From Octopus vulgaris (lineage: Eukaryota), in assembly GCA_951406725.2 (NCBI GenBank), contig OX597836.1:14508001-14572000 (forward strand): a stretch of DNA of 64,000 nucleotides, in the 5' to 3' direction. Positions 31,683-49,091 of the stretch are shown here, one piece after another. The notes beneath the pieces are model-generated. The model searched no databases and had not been told where the DNA came from. It saw nothing but the letters and a program-made list of their open reading frames with translations. Made by a program: the position numbers and the translations under genes. The stretch's first letter is position 1. Each line of letters begins with the position of its first letter.

Positions 31683-32071
31683 GTTGAAAGTTATAGAAAA
31701 ACAAAAGACGAAGGCAGGTGTATAAACAAGCAAGTGTATTAGTCTGACGCTCGGGAAAAATGAAAAAAACAACTTATATATATAATTATAATGGGGGTTC
31801 AGCTAATTATAGAATATTTTATAAATATATTTACGTTTTCGTTTCTCGTTGAGTTCTACGTCTATTTGTGGTGTCCTGCACACACGTATATATATTTATA
31901 TATGCATGTATATATACATGTAGATGTAGGTACGTACATATATGTTTGTATGTATGCATATATTTTATTTATTACACTATTGTATGACTGAGCGCCTTCG
32001 CGTCGATTCGATTCGATTCGTTTGGTCTCGTTTCGTTTCTTCTTCTCTAAGCTGGTTCTTATATATATATA

Positions 32072-32104
<33 letters not shown>

Positions 32105-32891
32105 GACTGTGATCCTCTACACACATACACATATATATATATATATATATATTTATTTATATATTGTATAGACTTATCGATATACGCGCTGATATGTTAT
32201 ATGCCACGGAGGATTCTATTATACTAACTCTCGTTTTGTTAGAGGTAGTGTGTATATGCTCAAAGAATGTGTATGTACATACACCCCTACACACCAATAT
32301 ATCATTATACACTCGCACACATTCAGACGTGCAAACACATTCACACATTCATGTGTATATGTATGTGTGCATGTATGTGTGCACGCGTCTACATGTACGC
32401 ACGTCGCGTATGATACGTGTATGCAACGTACATTTGGTCGTGAGCAAATACGAAAGAAACCGGAAGAGCGTCACCCCTCCGAAGCGTTGTGTAAACAAGC
32501 TATTATGACAGGAAAACAATCTAAGGGAGATCAACAGTTATATAGAAATTACGTTCTGCTCTGATGAATAGCCTGATGATCCGAAACTGCTGGCCAATGA
32601 ATGCCGGACGCTGAACTTTTAATTTATACAGTAAATATTTACTCTACGTAAGTATTGAGTTCTCTTTTCTTTTGTTCGTTGTGTCACCATGTTTTGTGAT
32701 GTCGCCCACGCACTTCTAGTAATGAATATATATATGTGTGTATTTGATATATTTAGATGTACATTTATAAGTGTATGTCTTTCTCTTCATATCTGTGTGT
32801 GTCTGTGTGATTTTGTGTGTATATGCTTGTGCGAGTATGCGTGTTTCCGCGTTTGTGTGTGTATGTGCGTGTGTATATACACACATATATG

Positions 32892-33017
<126 letters not shown>

Positions 33018-33157
33018 CATATATATAATATATATATATACATATAGATATATACATATATATATATATATATATACATATATTTATGTAAATACATATA
33101 TGTATGCGTGTAAATGCAAATGAATGTGAGTGCTTCTCTGTCCCCTCCCGCTCTCTT

Positions 33158-33198
<41 letters not shown>

Positions 33199-33356
33199 CG
33201 ATATATAAATCTATATATACATATATACAGACACACACACACTTACACACATATATATATACACATGTATATATGTAGGTATATATATGTGCGTGCGTGT
33301 GTGTGTGACGTAGATACTGACAAATAGTTAACTTGCGAGATAGCTAGCTAGCTAGC

Positions 33357-33468
<112 letters not shown>

Positions 33469-33473
33469 CAGAT

Positions 33474-33526
<53 letters not shown>

Positions 33527-33816
33527 GAGAGAGAAAGGGGGGATTGAGAGATGACAGCTATTAATCAGGATTCTAAAGAGATTCATTTTGATAACGGATG
33601 CTGTTAATGATCACCACACCGCCACCCCACCCCCACCACCACCACCATTTCTTCCGTCACCACTGTTCCTAACACTACTGCCTCAACCACCACCAGAACC
33701 ACCACCACCGCCAACAATAAAACGATATTACCAAAACAGGTCAAATTAGCTTCCTTGCTGTTTATATATATTATATATATATATTGCTGTTTATATATAT
33801 ATATATATATATTGCT

Positions 33817-33857
<41 letters not shown>

Positions 33858-33937
33858 CGTGTTCTTTATAATTTTATACACCTTTTTTTCTTCACTCTTT
33901 TGCCTACAAACATACACACACCTACACATGCACACGC

Positions 33938-33980
<43 letters not shown>

Positions 33981-34163
33981 CACATATACATGGACACTCA
34001 CACACTCACAAACACACGCGCGCTCATTCTGTCTCTCCGTCTCCATTTTACCTTTGTTTTTACAACCTTTCTTTCCGTTTCTAATCGGCCGTTTTTCTCC
34101 TAAACACACACATTCTGTGAATGGGTGTGCATGTGTGTGTATACGGCTGTGTGCGAAGTGTGT

Positions 34164-34204
<41 letters not shown>

Positions 34205-34586
34205 ATCCTTAAACGGCAATATCTTCCGAGAAACCACTAAATCTCAGTTGCAATTGAGCTAAAGTAATCGAATTAATAAGAAATATATACATTGGTGTGT
34301 GTACGTGTGGGTATAAATATATATATGTGTATGTGTGTGTGTGTGTGTGTGTGTGAGTCATATATACATTTGTGTGTGAATATATGTGTATTTATATATA
34401 TATATATACATTCGAATTTATGTATATTTGTGTATATATTCATACATAGACGTATTCATGTCTATGTAGGTATATATACATACACTGAATTTTGCATGTA
34501 TATCTATTTATACATATATGTACGTATGTATGTATCTCTCTATCTCTCTATATATGTATGCATATGTATGTATATGCGTGTATATG

Positions 34587-34634
<48 letters not shown>

Positions 34635-34798
34635 TACCTCTCCATCTTTCCCTATCTCTCTCTATATATATATGTATGTACATATATATATATATATATA
34701 TGCACATATATGTATACATATATACATATATATACACACATATATATATACATATATATTATATTATATAAATATATATATATATGTATATATATATG

Positions 34799-34867
<69 letters not shown>

Positions 34868-35554
34868 TTTGTGTGTGTGTGTCTGTAGTAGTAGTAGTAG
34901 TAGTAGATATGTCTGCACGTGTGTATTTATTTACCACTGTATCTATACGTATGCTTTGCAAAGACGTCGGGATTGCTAAAACGAACACACCACTAATACT
35001 ACCACAGATACTAGCCTTAACTTCCACCACTGTCATCACCAACACCTATACACCACCAATACAACCAAATAATATCCAATATCGCTGGCATAACAAACGA
35101 GGCCACCTCCACCACTGACACCATCTCCACCACCACCACCACCACAACTACAACAAACACCACTCTACACCACCACCGACACCACCACCACCAGTGCCAT
35201 CACCACCGTCACTACCGCCACCATAATCGTCAACAACAACAACATTCCTACCCCCTCAGAATCACCACAGCCGCTGACTCCGATGCCGGTATAGTTTTCT
35301 CCGATTTATTACGCATGCGTGACTCTCTCTCGGCAACTCGCCATCATTACTAAAACTATGAAAAACCAACACACCGTTCCTATATGAATTACGCACGACC
35401 CTCACCACCGCCACCACTTCCATCGTCGCCGTCGCCGCCATTGGAACCATCCACCAAATCGCTACCATGATGAAAAATATGGTAACATTGTGTGTTATTA
35501 TCGCTTGTCTGGGGTTATGAAATATTGTCAACGTGTGTGTGTGTGTATGTATAT

Positions 35555-35614
<60 letters not shown>

Positions 35615-35901
35615 ATGTTTATATATATGCATATATATATATATGTGTGTGTGTGTGTCTGTGTGTAAATATACATATGTGGTTATATATATAGGCATAT
35701 ATATATATATTGAACTACATATGCATACCCATATATATTTATATACATACATACACACACACACATATATATATACGCATACATATATAATATACAAATA
35801 TATATATGTATATATATATATGTATGTATGTATATACACATACATATACACGAACACATATACGCATATGTAAAGATAATATATATATAAATAGGGCATA
35901 C

Positions 35902-35942
<41 letters not shown>

Positions 35943-36105
35943 TTATATGTGTGTTTGTATCCAAACACATCCATATACTTTATATTCTACGCGTTACATA
36001 GAAACACTAACACATGCTCATATCTATGTACATATATGTATATACACAGCATACACACATACACACACATATATATATATACTTACGCACATATTTGTAT
36101 TTATA

Positions 36106-36188
<83 letters not shown>

Positions 36189-36533
36189 CATATACACATA
36201 CATATATGAAACAATAATATTTTGACACCTAATAAATTTAATATGTAAATGTATTCATTTCGACTTAACGTAGAGTTAAATATGCAATTCCTCGCTCCAT
36301 TGGCTAATATTTTCATCCATAAATGTTACTACCTCTCAACGCCTCTGTCTATATACGTGTGTATATATATATGGAAATGTTGTAGCGAGTGTTGACGATG
36401 ATGGTGATGGCGGCGCTGTTGGCGGTGGTCGTCTGGCTGGTTATGGCGGCGGTGAAACGAGGCAATGATAATATAAGTGGTGTGTGCGTGTTTGTGTACG
36501 TATGTGTGTGGGTTTGTGTGCATGCACGAGTGT

Positions 36534-36588
<55 letters not shown>

Positions 36589-36896
36589 ATGAACGCTTGC
36601 CGGTTTACAGTAACGGTTCTTGTTGCAGTTGAGTGCAGTGATATTAAATCTGTTATAGTTAATGTGTTTATTATTTTATATTATATCATTTCATATTATT
36701 ACTTTTTTTTTTCGTTCTTTCTTCGGATTGTGTGTGTATGTATGTTTTTGTATGTGTGTGTGTGTATGTATCTGATGTGAGGTGGTGCGTGCATGGTTGT
36801 AGCGGTGGTGGTGGGTGTGTTGGGTGTGACGTAGTGGCGTGGATGGATGCATATCGGTTTTTTAAACCCCGTGTCACGTATACGTAACCGTGAAGG

Positions 36897-37047
<151 letters not shown>

Positions 37048-37092
37048 CTCTGTCTGTCTCTCTGTCTGTCTCTCTATCTGTCTCTCTATCTG

Positions 37093-37149
<57 letters not shown>

Positions 37150-37263
37150 ATGTCTATCTATCCATCCCTATACACACAAGCATACGGTAAAGAGCCCACT
37201 GGATGAAGTACATATATACATATATGTATGGATAGTCATATACATACACATACCCAGATACAA

Positions 37264-37294
<31 letters not shown>

Positions 37295-37343
37295 TGTGTA
37301 AATATATGTATATATATGTGTGTATGTATATATATATATATAT

Positions 37344-38415
<1,072 letters not shown>

Positions 38416-38608
38416 TACATATGTACATATATACATATACATATATACATATATATACATACATATATATATATATATATAATAATATTAATAATAATAT
38501 TAGGGAGTAAATCCAAACTAATTTAATATATATATATATATGTATGTATATATATATATGTATATACATATATACATATATACATATATATATGTATTTA
38601 TATATATG

Positions 38609-38672
<64 letters not shown>

Positions 38673-39162
38673 AGTTAAACACTGACGAAAACCGAATTCA
38701 GAACTCTAGTTTTTTACCATAAGATATAGAATTGCGTTTGATATATCCTTGGGCATCTGTAGTATTGGTGGGGCCGAGTTCGGGGTAGTTGCCCGAGAAT
38801 GCTTTTAGGTTGTCGCATGTTCATTGATAAATAGCAGCCAAACCTCTCTTGAATTACACTGTACAGTCTTATGAAAGAGAATACAGGTTGGATAATTCTA
38901 GCGTATGATATGCGTTGTCTGAGGAAAAAAAAAGGCCAAGACAGTCAAGGCTAGTATGCTTCTGATTCGAGATCAACAGTATAAAGACTTACTCGTGGTC
39001 AACTGAATCAATGCTCAGCTTAGATAAACTGGATCAGTGTGATGTTAGATCACCTGAATCAGTAACGTTCTTTGATAAATCAGATCAGTAATAGTCATAC
39101 ACACTACGTAAATCCGATATGTATTGATCTAAGATTGACTTGAACAATTGTATGTATGTATA

Positions 39163-39222
<60 letters not shown>

Positions 39223-39301
39223 CATATGCATATACATGTATATATATACATATACATTTATATATACATATACATTTATATATACATATCCATATATATA
39301 C

Positions 39302-39350
<49 letters not shown>

Positions 39351-39480
39351 AAAAAATACAAACTGGGACAAGAACGTAAAACATTTAGAAGACGATACAA
39401 AAAACACGGACGGGACATTCGAAGCCTTCAATCTTCAGTCAAGAACCGGATCATCCTCGCAATATATACATACACGCATG

Positions 39481-39559
<79 letters not shown>

Positions 39560-39961
39560 ACATATGTAAGGCGAGCTGGTGGAATCGATAGCACTCCGGG
39601 CAAAATGCTTGGTGGCATTTGGTCCATCTTTATATTCAAATTCCGCCGATGTCGACTTTGCTTTTCATCCTTTCGGGATGAATGAAATCGTTACAGTTGA
39701 CCACTGGTATCGATTTATTCTACTTACACACTCCCCCAAATCTACTGGCCTTTTGCCAAGATTTAAAACAGATGTATGTATGTACATGTGCTTTTTTTTT
39801 ACTGTTCGACTAAAATTTTTCAAGACGGGGCCTCAGCTTGGCCGCAGTCTAATGACTGAAACAAGTAATACATGTAAGACCGTTATCGAAAAACTCCAGA
39901 CAAATTTAATCAGGAAACAATAAACACGTACAATATATATACCGGAATTAATCAAACCGGA

Positions 39962-40049
<88 letters not shown>

Positions 40050-40175
40050 GTACATATATATATATATATATAAAATATATATATATATATTTTATAAGGG
40101 TAGAAGTTGATATCAATCAATTAAAACCAGTGGCCTAGAATATAAAAAAAACCCTGAAGATTAAAATATTTTTAC

Positions 40176-40661
40176 ATACAAAATTTAAAGGACTGACCAC
40201 TAAAAGTGGACGGTCAACATGCTAGGTATAGACGTCAAATCGCTATTTTCCACAAAGAATATGTTCTCAAATAAAAACCCAGCACGAACCAAAGCATTAA
40301 AAATAAGCAAGACAAATGAAAATATACGAAATAAAAATGATTACCTATGTACCGATCAGTTTCGATTGTTATTATCCACGCATGTGGATACCCGCAATCT
40401 GCAAATTGTATTTCTATATGACAGACTATGCTGATGAGATTGCGGGTATCCACATGCGTGGATAATAACAATCGAAACTGATCAGTACATAGGTAATCAT
40501 TTTTATTTCGTATATTTTCATTTGTCTTGCTTATTTTTAAAGCTTTGGTTCGTGCTGGATTTTTATTTGAGAACATATTCTTTGTGGAAAATAGCGATTT
40601 GACGTCTATACCTAGCATGTTGACCGTCCACTTTTAGTGGCCAGTCCTTTAAATTTTGTAT
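40176..40661. repeat. Long inverted repeat, 225-bp arms (40176-40400 / 40437-40661), 36-nt spacer; Penelope-type fold-back
   Basis: Arms are reverse complements with about 4 mismatches; this explains the twin ORFs 40219+ and 40618- that share an N-terminus. Confidence 0.95.
40426..40492 (+). ncRNA. Type I hammerhead ribozyme with minimal palindromic stem III
   Basis: CTATG-CTGATGA-GATTG[...]CAATC-GAAA-CTGATCAG-TA-CATAG: intact core, stems I and II pair, GUA cleavage triplet. Confidence 0.88.
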
Positions 40662-40799
40662 TTTATATATATATATATAATAACGGTAATCCCAGGATGG
40701 AATTTATAAATATTTAATGCATCGCTACGCGCGTTTCCACAGGTATCATGAATTTTAAGATCATAGTCCGTATTCTTGAGATGGTTACATATATACATG

Positions 40800-40840
<41 letters not shown>

Positions 40841-41220
40841 ACACACACACGCACACACACACAACACACACTCACACACATATGCATATTGATACGGGCA
40901 TGGGCATATGAACGTATGTATGTATGTATGTACGTATGTATGTATGTATGTATGTATGTATGTATGTATGTATGTATGTATGTATGTATGTATGTATGTA
41001 TCTATGTTTGTATGTATGTGTGTATGTATGTATGTATGTCTGTATGCATGCATGCATGCATGTGTGCATCTATTTATGAATGCATGTGTGGTATACATAA
41101 ACCATCCGCTGCATAAAATTGAACTGTGCCGAAACAACACAAATCTGTGATGCTTGTATAGTTTTTGGTTGCGTGAGTATGAGTTTGCGTGTGTGTATGT
41201 GCGTGTGTGTGAGTGTATGT

Positions 41221-41280
<60 letters not shown>

Positions 41281-41639
41281 GTGTATGCATACCCACACAC
41301 AAACTCACGCAAGCAACCACACAGATATATACACACACGGACACACCCACACGTGCGCGCATTGAAATGGGATATTAATATATTTCAGATTATGCATATT
41401 TATTGCACATACAATCAAGCATGTATAGTCATGTGTGACCACTCATATTTCACACATACATACAGAAAGTCAGTCATCAATATCTAAATATGTATATACT
41501 TGTGTATATACATACATACACACACACATATATATATATTTGTATATATAATGAATGATAACTATACTACTACACAAATATATACGAATATGTGAATATG
41601 TACGTATATATATATATTTATTTGTATATCTATCTATCT

Positions 41640-41693
<54 letters not shown>

Positions 41694-41718
41694 GTCTGTC
41701 TATCTATCTATCTATCTA

Positions 41719-42322
<604 letters not shown>

Positions 42323-42755
42323 ATTACATCATTTGTAATCAAGCCTATGTTTGTTTTTGAAGCGCCGAAACGTATTGTAGTACAAGTAGAAAGGTGTACT
42401 TTTTTTTCAACGCGTAAATACTGATAGAACAGAATATATAGGATTGAATCGTTACAGAGCAGAAGAATCTGTCAGCAACCAGCCCAGGTATATGTATATG
42501 GTATATGTATATGTAAATGTGTTTATATGTGTGTGTGTGTATGTGTCTGTGTTTGTCCCTCCAACATCGCTTGACAACCGATGCTGGTGTGTTCATGTCC
42601 CCTTAACTTAGCGGTTCGGCAAAAAGAGACCGACAGAATAAGTACGAGGCTTAGAAAGAATAAGTCCTGGGGTCGATTTGCTCGACTAAAGGCGGTGATC
42701 CAGCATGGCCACGGTCAAAGGACTGAAACAAGCAAAAGAGTAAAGATATATATAT

Positions 42756-43091
42756 AAATAAATGAAAGAATGGAGTTGAACGACGAATTAACAAAATTCC
42801 TTTATTTTATTTTCGACATATGTTTCGAAGGCTGCATATTCCTAATTTCGAAGGAATAAGGGGTGCATTATGCCGCCTTCTCGTCAGGAAAAGTAAGGAA
42901 CTTATGTCAGCATCAAGATGCACAAAAACTTTTAGATGCCTGCCCACACGGAGCCCATAGCGATGAGAAGGCGGCATAATGCACCCCTTATTCCTTCGAA
43001 ATTAGGAATATGCAGCCTTCGAAACATATGTCGAAAATAAAATAAAGGAATTTTGTTAATTCGTCGTTCAGCTCCATTCTTTCATTTATTT
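42756..43091. repeat. Long inverted repeat, 127-bp arms (42756-42882 / 42965-43091), 82-nt spacer
   Basis: Arms are near-perfect reverse complements. Confidence 0.95.
42810..42892 (-). ncRNA. Type I hammerhead ribozyme with extended branched stem II and palindromic stem III
   Basis: Minus strand: TTTTC-CTGACGA-GAAGGC[...]GCCTTC-GAAA-CATATG-TC-GAAAA; GUC triplet. Confidence 0.88.
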
Positions 43092-44304
43092 GTATTACAA
43101 AAAACACGCAAATTTCCACACGATAGCACGTGATCTCTGCCCTAGGCATGTAGCTTCAACCGTGTTTTTCTGACGTGAATTTGCTACCCAGGTACCGGTT
43201 AACCGAATTATCCATAATAAGATAATTCATTCAACTACTCAATTATATATATATATATATAATATGCACATACATGCACGCACACACACACACACACACA
43301 CATATACATATATATATATACATACACACGCACACATATATAGATGTACATTTGAATGCATGAGAACACGCACGCACATATATCATTTTAGTAAATGTGT
43401 ATGTTTGTGCATGTTTTCTTGTGTGTGCTTGCGTGTGTGTTTGTTTGTGTGTATGAGTACGATCGGATATAGTATCGAATGCAGAATGGTACAGACTATA
43501 AACCAAGTTTCTATGTTTATTTGTTCCCAGAAGCCCTTCGAAAAAGTAATCAGTTAAGAAACCGATATGTTGGTTAATTGCCTATAAATATATAAAAAAA
43601 GTTAGTAATATAAATAAACAGAGATCGATATTAAAACAGCAGAACACATTGAGTAAATAGAATGACATGCAAACGTAAATCTATAAATACATGTGTATGT
43701 GGCTGTGTGTTTGTATGTATGTATATATATATATATATATATACGTATAATAAAGTGAAGTGACAAAGGAATTAGCGATTATGTTACAGCTGTTTCAGTA
43801 ATAGATATATCTATTTACAAATATATAATTATATATATATAAAGTGAGTGACAGACAGACAGACTGATTGATATAAAATATTTACATCTATATCCATATA
43901 AAGCCGTATACATGTAAATATATCCATGCATACATACATATATGGTGTTATTTATTTATATATCTGTCTGTCTATCTACATGTATGTAAGTGTGTGTGTG
44001 CGCATGCGTGTGTGTGTTGCGTGTGTTGTGTGTGTGCGTGTGTGTGTGTATGTGTGTTTGTGTGTGTGTGTGTGTGTGTTCTTAGATAATAGTATTTGTG
44101 GTGGTTTGGTGGGAATAATTGTGATAGTTCTTATCGTTGTGGTGATTATGGTGATGGTGATAATGATAATGATGACGACGAAGAATGATGATGATGATGA
44201 GGATGATGATGATCATGATTGTGGTGGTGGTAGTGGTGGTGGTGATGATGATGATGGAGATGATGGTCATATGATGATGATGGTGATGGTAGTGGTGACA
44301 AGAA

Positions 44305-44347
<43 letters not shown>

Positions 44348-44970
44348 GTGATGGTGATGGTGATGATGGTGATGATGATGATGGTGGTTATGGTGAAGAT
44401 GATCACATGATGATGATGATGGTGATGTTAGTGGTAACGATGACGATGATGATGATGATGATGACGATGATGATGATGATGATGATGATGATGATATGAT
44501 GATGGTTGTGATGAAAAAGACATCGATGATAGAAAAGGTAGTGGTAGTGGCAGAGATGAAGTTGTTATGATGATTTTCCTTTTTGTTGTTGTTGTTGTTG
44601 TTGTTGTTGTGGTGGTGGTGGTGGTGGTGGTGGTGGTGGTGGTGGTGGTGCTAGTGGTAGTGGTGGGTGTGTTGATGATATCGTGGTGATGGGGGGATCC
44701 CAATGATGATGTAGGGACAGGTTAATGTAAAAATGTCAGTCAGATTTCATGTAATTAATTTTATGTTTTGGTTTATTAAAGAAATTGACTTCACCTTCAT
44801 ATTTGGTCTATATACACATATTCTACAGTAGCTGGCACACACAAACAAACAAACACATAAATATGACTCAAGTATGATATTTTGCGCTATGCCTACCCCC
44901 AAAAAGTCCCCCACCAACACCCCTTTAAACCTGCCTAAATGTATAAATGCCAATACAATTCTTGTTAACT

Positions 44971-45021
44971 AGCTTCCTGAAGATTTCTCTTGAATGAAAC
45001 AGTTCTAGTCCTGTAGAAGCT
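44971..45021 (+). ncRNA. Type I hammerhead ribozyme with a looped stem III
   Basis: AGCTTC-CTGAAGA-TTTCTCTTGAAT-GAAA-CAG ttctagtc CTG-TA-GAAGCT; 6-bp stem I; the first stem II pair is a U-U mismatch. Confidence 0.7.
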
Positions 45022-45059
45022 CCTTCTATATAATAAATATATATATATATATATATATA

Positions 45060-45224
45060 GGCGCAGGAGTAGCTGTGTGGTAAGTAGCTTGTTTACCAGC
45101 CACATGGTTCCGGGTTCAATCCCACTGCGTGGCACCTTGGGAAAGTGTCTTCTACTGTAGCCTCAGGCCAACCAAAGCCTTGTGAGTGGATTTGGTAGAC
45201 GGAAACTGAAAGAAGCCCGTCGTA

Positions 45225-45274
<50 letters not shown>

Positions 45275-45450
45275 TGTGTGTGTTTGTCCCCCTAGCATTG
45301 CTTGACAACCGATGCTGGTGTGCTTATGTCCCCGTTACTTAGCGGTTCGGCAAAAGAGACCGATAGAATAAGTCCCGGGGTCAAGTTGCTCGACTAAAGG
45401 CGGTGCTCCAGCATGGCCGTAGTCAAATGACTGAAACAAGTAAAAGAGTA
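45060..45450 (+). mobile_element. SINE family A, full length
   Basis: tRNA-like head GGCGCAGGAGTAGCTGTGTGGTAAG...GGTTCAATCCC, internal TA/TG array, tail GACTGAAACAAGTAAAAGAG. Confidence 0.9.
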
Positions 45451-45928
45451 TATATATGCTTTCGGTGCGAATGGTCTTGTTTAACGGTGTCGAGTTTTAC
45501 AATTCTGTAAATAATAATAACGGCAATTTTTTTTATAAGCTTAAGGCTTATAGCGATCACCGTGCAAATGACTAAGGAAAATAGATTAATAATGGGGAAT
45601 ATAAGCCATCAGTAACATGCTTGGTCGTGTTAACAAAGGGATGCGGGTTCGAGTACCACGCGTACGGGAAAGCCTACTTTTTTTTTCTGTCGAGGGCAAT
45701 TATTAGACCATTTTTCTTAGTCATTCGCATGGTGGTCGCTATAAGCTTTAAGCTTTTAAAAATATTATATCATATATATATATATATATATGTATGTTTG
45801 TATGTATGTATATATATATGTATATATATAGTTAATCCAGACATGAACAAAGAGAAAACACAACAACGCGAGGACGTGGAACAAGTATAGTGTTATTGGA
45901 CGCTCAGGAAAGGAAAGAAAAAAGGAGG

Positions 45929-45963
45929 ATTCAACGTTTCGAGCGGAGCTCTTCGTCAGAAAC
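45929..45963 (-). ncRNA. Minimal hammerhead-like motif (CG stem III), Penelope remnant
   Basis: Minus strand: GTTT-CTGACGA-A-GAGC TCC GCTC-GAAA-CG-TT-GAAT. Confidence 0.55.
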
Positions 45964-46492
45964 ATAGGAAAAGGAAAGATCTAAGGAAGGGAAGACGGAG
46001 AAAGAGAATCGCCAACAATACACACGCGTTTCACACACACACACACACACACACACATTTATGTATGTATGTATGTATGTATGTATGTATGTATATACGT
46101 TTATGTAACAGACACACACATGCACACACACACACTTACATATACGTATATATATACATACACATATACATACATACATACATACATACATACATACATA
46201 CATACATGCAAACGTATACGTATATATGTATGTATGTATGTATGTATGTACATCTGTTTTAAAAAGCTGCAAGTAAGGAGTGAAAACAAAAGTTAGGAAG
46301 ACAAAAACAAACTTATGTTTCGATATTTCGGGTTAAAATCAGTTTATCAAGAGAATAATAGAAAAAGAGGGTAGATATATAGAGAAAAATACCAATCCCC
46401 CACTATATTTCATTTTCATTCCTTATGACTTAAAAGTAATTTTCAGAACTCCATATCACAAAGCATCACGAAAGCTACACAAATTGAATATA

Positions 46493-47141
46493 TATAAGTT
46501 GGTGCATAATTATTGCGGCTTTTTTCAACAAATTTTATTCAACAGGCGTAGGAGTGGCTGTGTGGTAAGTAGCTTGCTTACCAAACACTTGGGTAAGTGC
46601 CTTCTACTATAGCCTCGGGCCGACCAAAGCCTTGTCAGTGGATTTGGTAGACAGAAACTGAAAGAAGCCCGTCGTATATATGTATATATGTTTATATATA
46701 TGTACGTGTGTGTATATGTTTGTGTGTCTGTGTTTGTCCAACCAACATCGCTTGACAACCGATGCTGGTGTGTTTATGTCCCTGTAACTTAGCACTTCGG
46801 TAAAAGAGACCGATAGAATAAGTACTAGGCTTACAAAGAATAAGTCGTGTGGTCGATTCGCTCGACTAAAGGCGGTGCTTCAGCATGGCCGCAGTCAAAT
46901 GACTGAAACAAGTAAAGAAGTAAAAGAGTAAATAGTAACAAAAACAATAACAATATTTAACAAAAACATCTTTAAATGACGGTCTGACCGTCTGCCAAGC
47001 AAATGGCAAGCAGTAATTGAAGTAGATTGTGAATATGCTCCGGAATAATCATTTAAAGATGTTTCTGGTACATGTTGTTATTGTTTTTGTTGAATTAAAT
47101 TTGTTGAAAAAAAGCCGCAATAATTATGCATCAACCCAATA
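46493..47141. mobile_element. Palindromic mariner-type MITE interrupted by a SINE family A copy (46545-46930)
   Basis: TIRs TATAAGTTGGTGCATAATTATTGCGGCTTTTTT / AAAAAAGCCGCAATAATTATGCATCAACCCAATA; the palindrome resumes after the SINE. Confidence 0.85.
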
Positions 47142-47142
47142 T

Positions 47143-47229
<87 letters not shown>

Positions 47230-47299
47230 CGACCAGTCCATCAGATATAGTTACACATCGCTGGTTACAATGCGTTCGCATTGTTTTAGCCTTCGAACA

Positions 47300-47610
<311 letters not shown>

Positions 47611-48523
47611 CGTGTGTAGTTATATATCGATATATATGTGTGGTCCCTTGAACTTTCAGCTCCTGGAAGGATCCTTGCAAACTTCGCCGCGTTATACGAC
47701 TTATTTGGGACGTGGTTTTTGATCTGACGAAGAGCAGCCCTCTTTAGGTGCGGCCTTCTATGGAAAGTGAAAGTAAAAGCGGAAATAAAGAAAGAAAGAA
47801 AGAATAGAATCGACACTAGTACTTGCACAACTGCTTGTATGTGCGCGTGTGTTTGTATATGTGTGTATGTGTATCTGTGTGTGTATGTTGGCGGCGGTGG
47901 TGGGGTTTCTTGCGGGGGTGTTGAGATATAACGTTAAAATCAATGACATTTTACAAATACCAATCAATTGGAGAAACCTAGTGGCTGTCTGTCTGTCTGT
48001 CTGTTTGCCTATCTGCGCATCTATTTATCGAGTACCGCTTGAAAAGGAGGATGAGAATAGAGAGGAAAGTATTGTCGAATGAAAGTTTCAATAAAACAAT
48101 GGGTAAATGTGGCAAGAATGGTCAGTACGAAAGACGACACCATTTTAAGCATAAATCAGTAACGAAAAGAGAAAACGAGAGGAAAGGTTCTTACTCTTAT
48201 GGACATTTTGAACTGCCTGAGGTGCCCTTGGTCTTTTTTGTAGGTTTTTCTTTCCAAGGCTACACCTAAACTTCCCCCCCCCTCTTTGTGGAACTTTATA
48301 TATATATATGTCTTTCCTATTTTGCACATAACACAGCCCAACGATCCCTATTGATCGAACTTTTTCTTTTGTGTCCCACCTATCCCACCTCGAAAAGAAA
48401 AACTCTACATTGTATTTCATCTATTTTTTGTGTTTAGCCCTGTGTGGCCATAATAAAAACATATCTAATTGCCCCCTCTCACACACTCTCTCTCTCTCTC
48501 TCTCTTTCTCACTCTTCCACACA

Positions 48524-48556
<33 letters not shown>

Positions 48557-48807
48557 CACACATATATATATACAAACAAACAAACAAGCGTCGTTATAGT
48601 CTACTCAATACAATCTTAGTATACTTTACGAAACTGACGACAGCTGGTTGTAGTTTCAATCTATAGTTTAAATCTTGCCATCTCATAAGCAAATAGAAAA
48701 TTGACTCTTTTGTGAAATGACAAACAGTTACTTTTTGTTCGCAGTTTATTTGTTTCATTTTACACACAAACACACACACACAAACATACACACACACACA
48801 CATACAC

Positions 48808-48842
<35 letters not shown>

Positions 48843-49058
48843 CATATATACATATATACATACATACATGCATACATACATACATACATAGCGGGCGATG
48901 GGTAAATTGTCGCCATTTAAAATTTTTTTATTTTGCATATGTGCATTATTTGTTTTTGATTTCGTTGACTCAAAGTATAGTAGGGTCAGTTGGGCACCAT
49001 CTGTGAGAAAAATAGCACCATGATGCAATTTACTCAGAAATTTGGAAATGACAAGCTG

Positions 49059-49091
<33 letters not shown>

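Noticed and set aside
32561-32600. CTGATGA...GAAAC hammerhead candidates here and at 9515-9590, 24850-24880, 38682 and 47724
   Set aside because: Stems I-III do not all pair; at most heavily decayed remnants.
40219-40618. Twin ORFs with the same N-terminus MLGIDVKSLFS on opposite strands
   Set aside because: Explained by the inverted repeat. The DVKSLF resemblance to an RT motif is not backed by other motifs.
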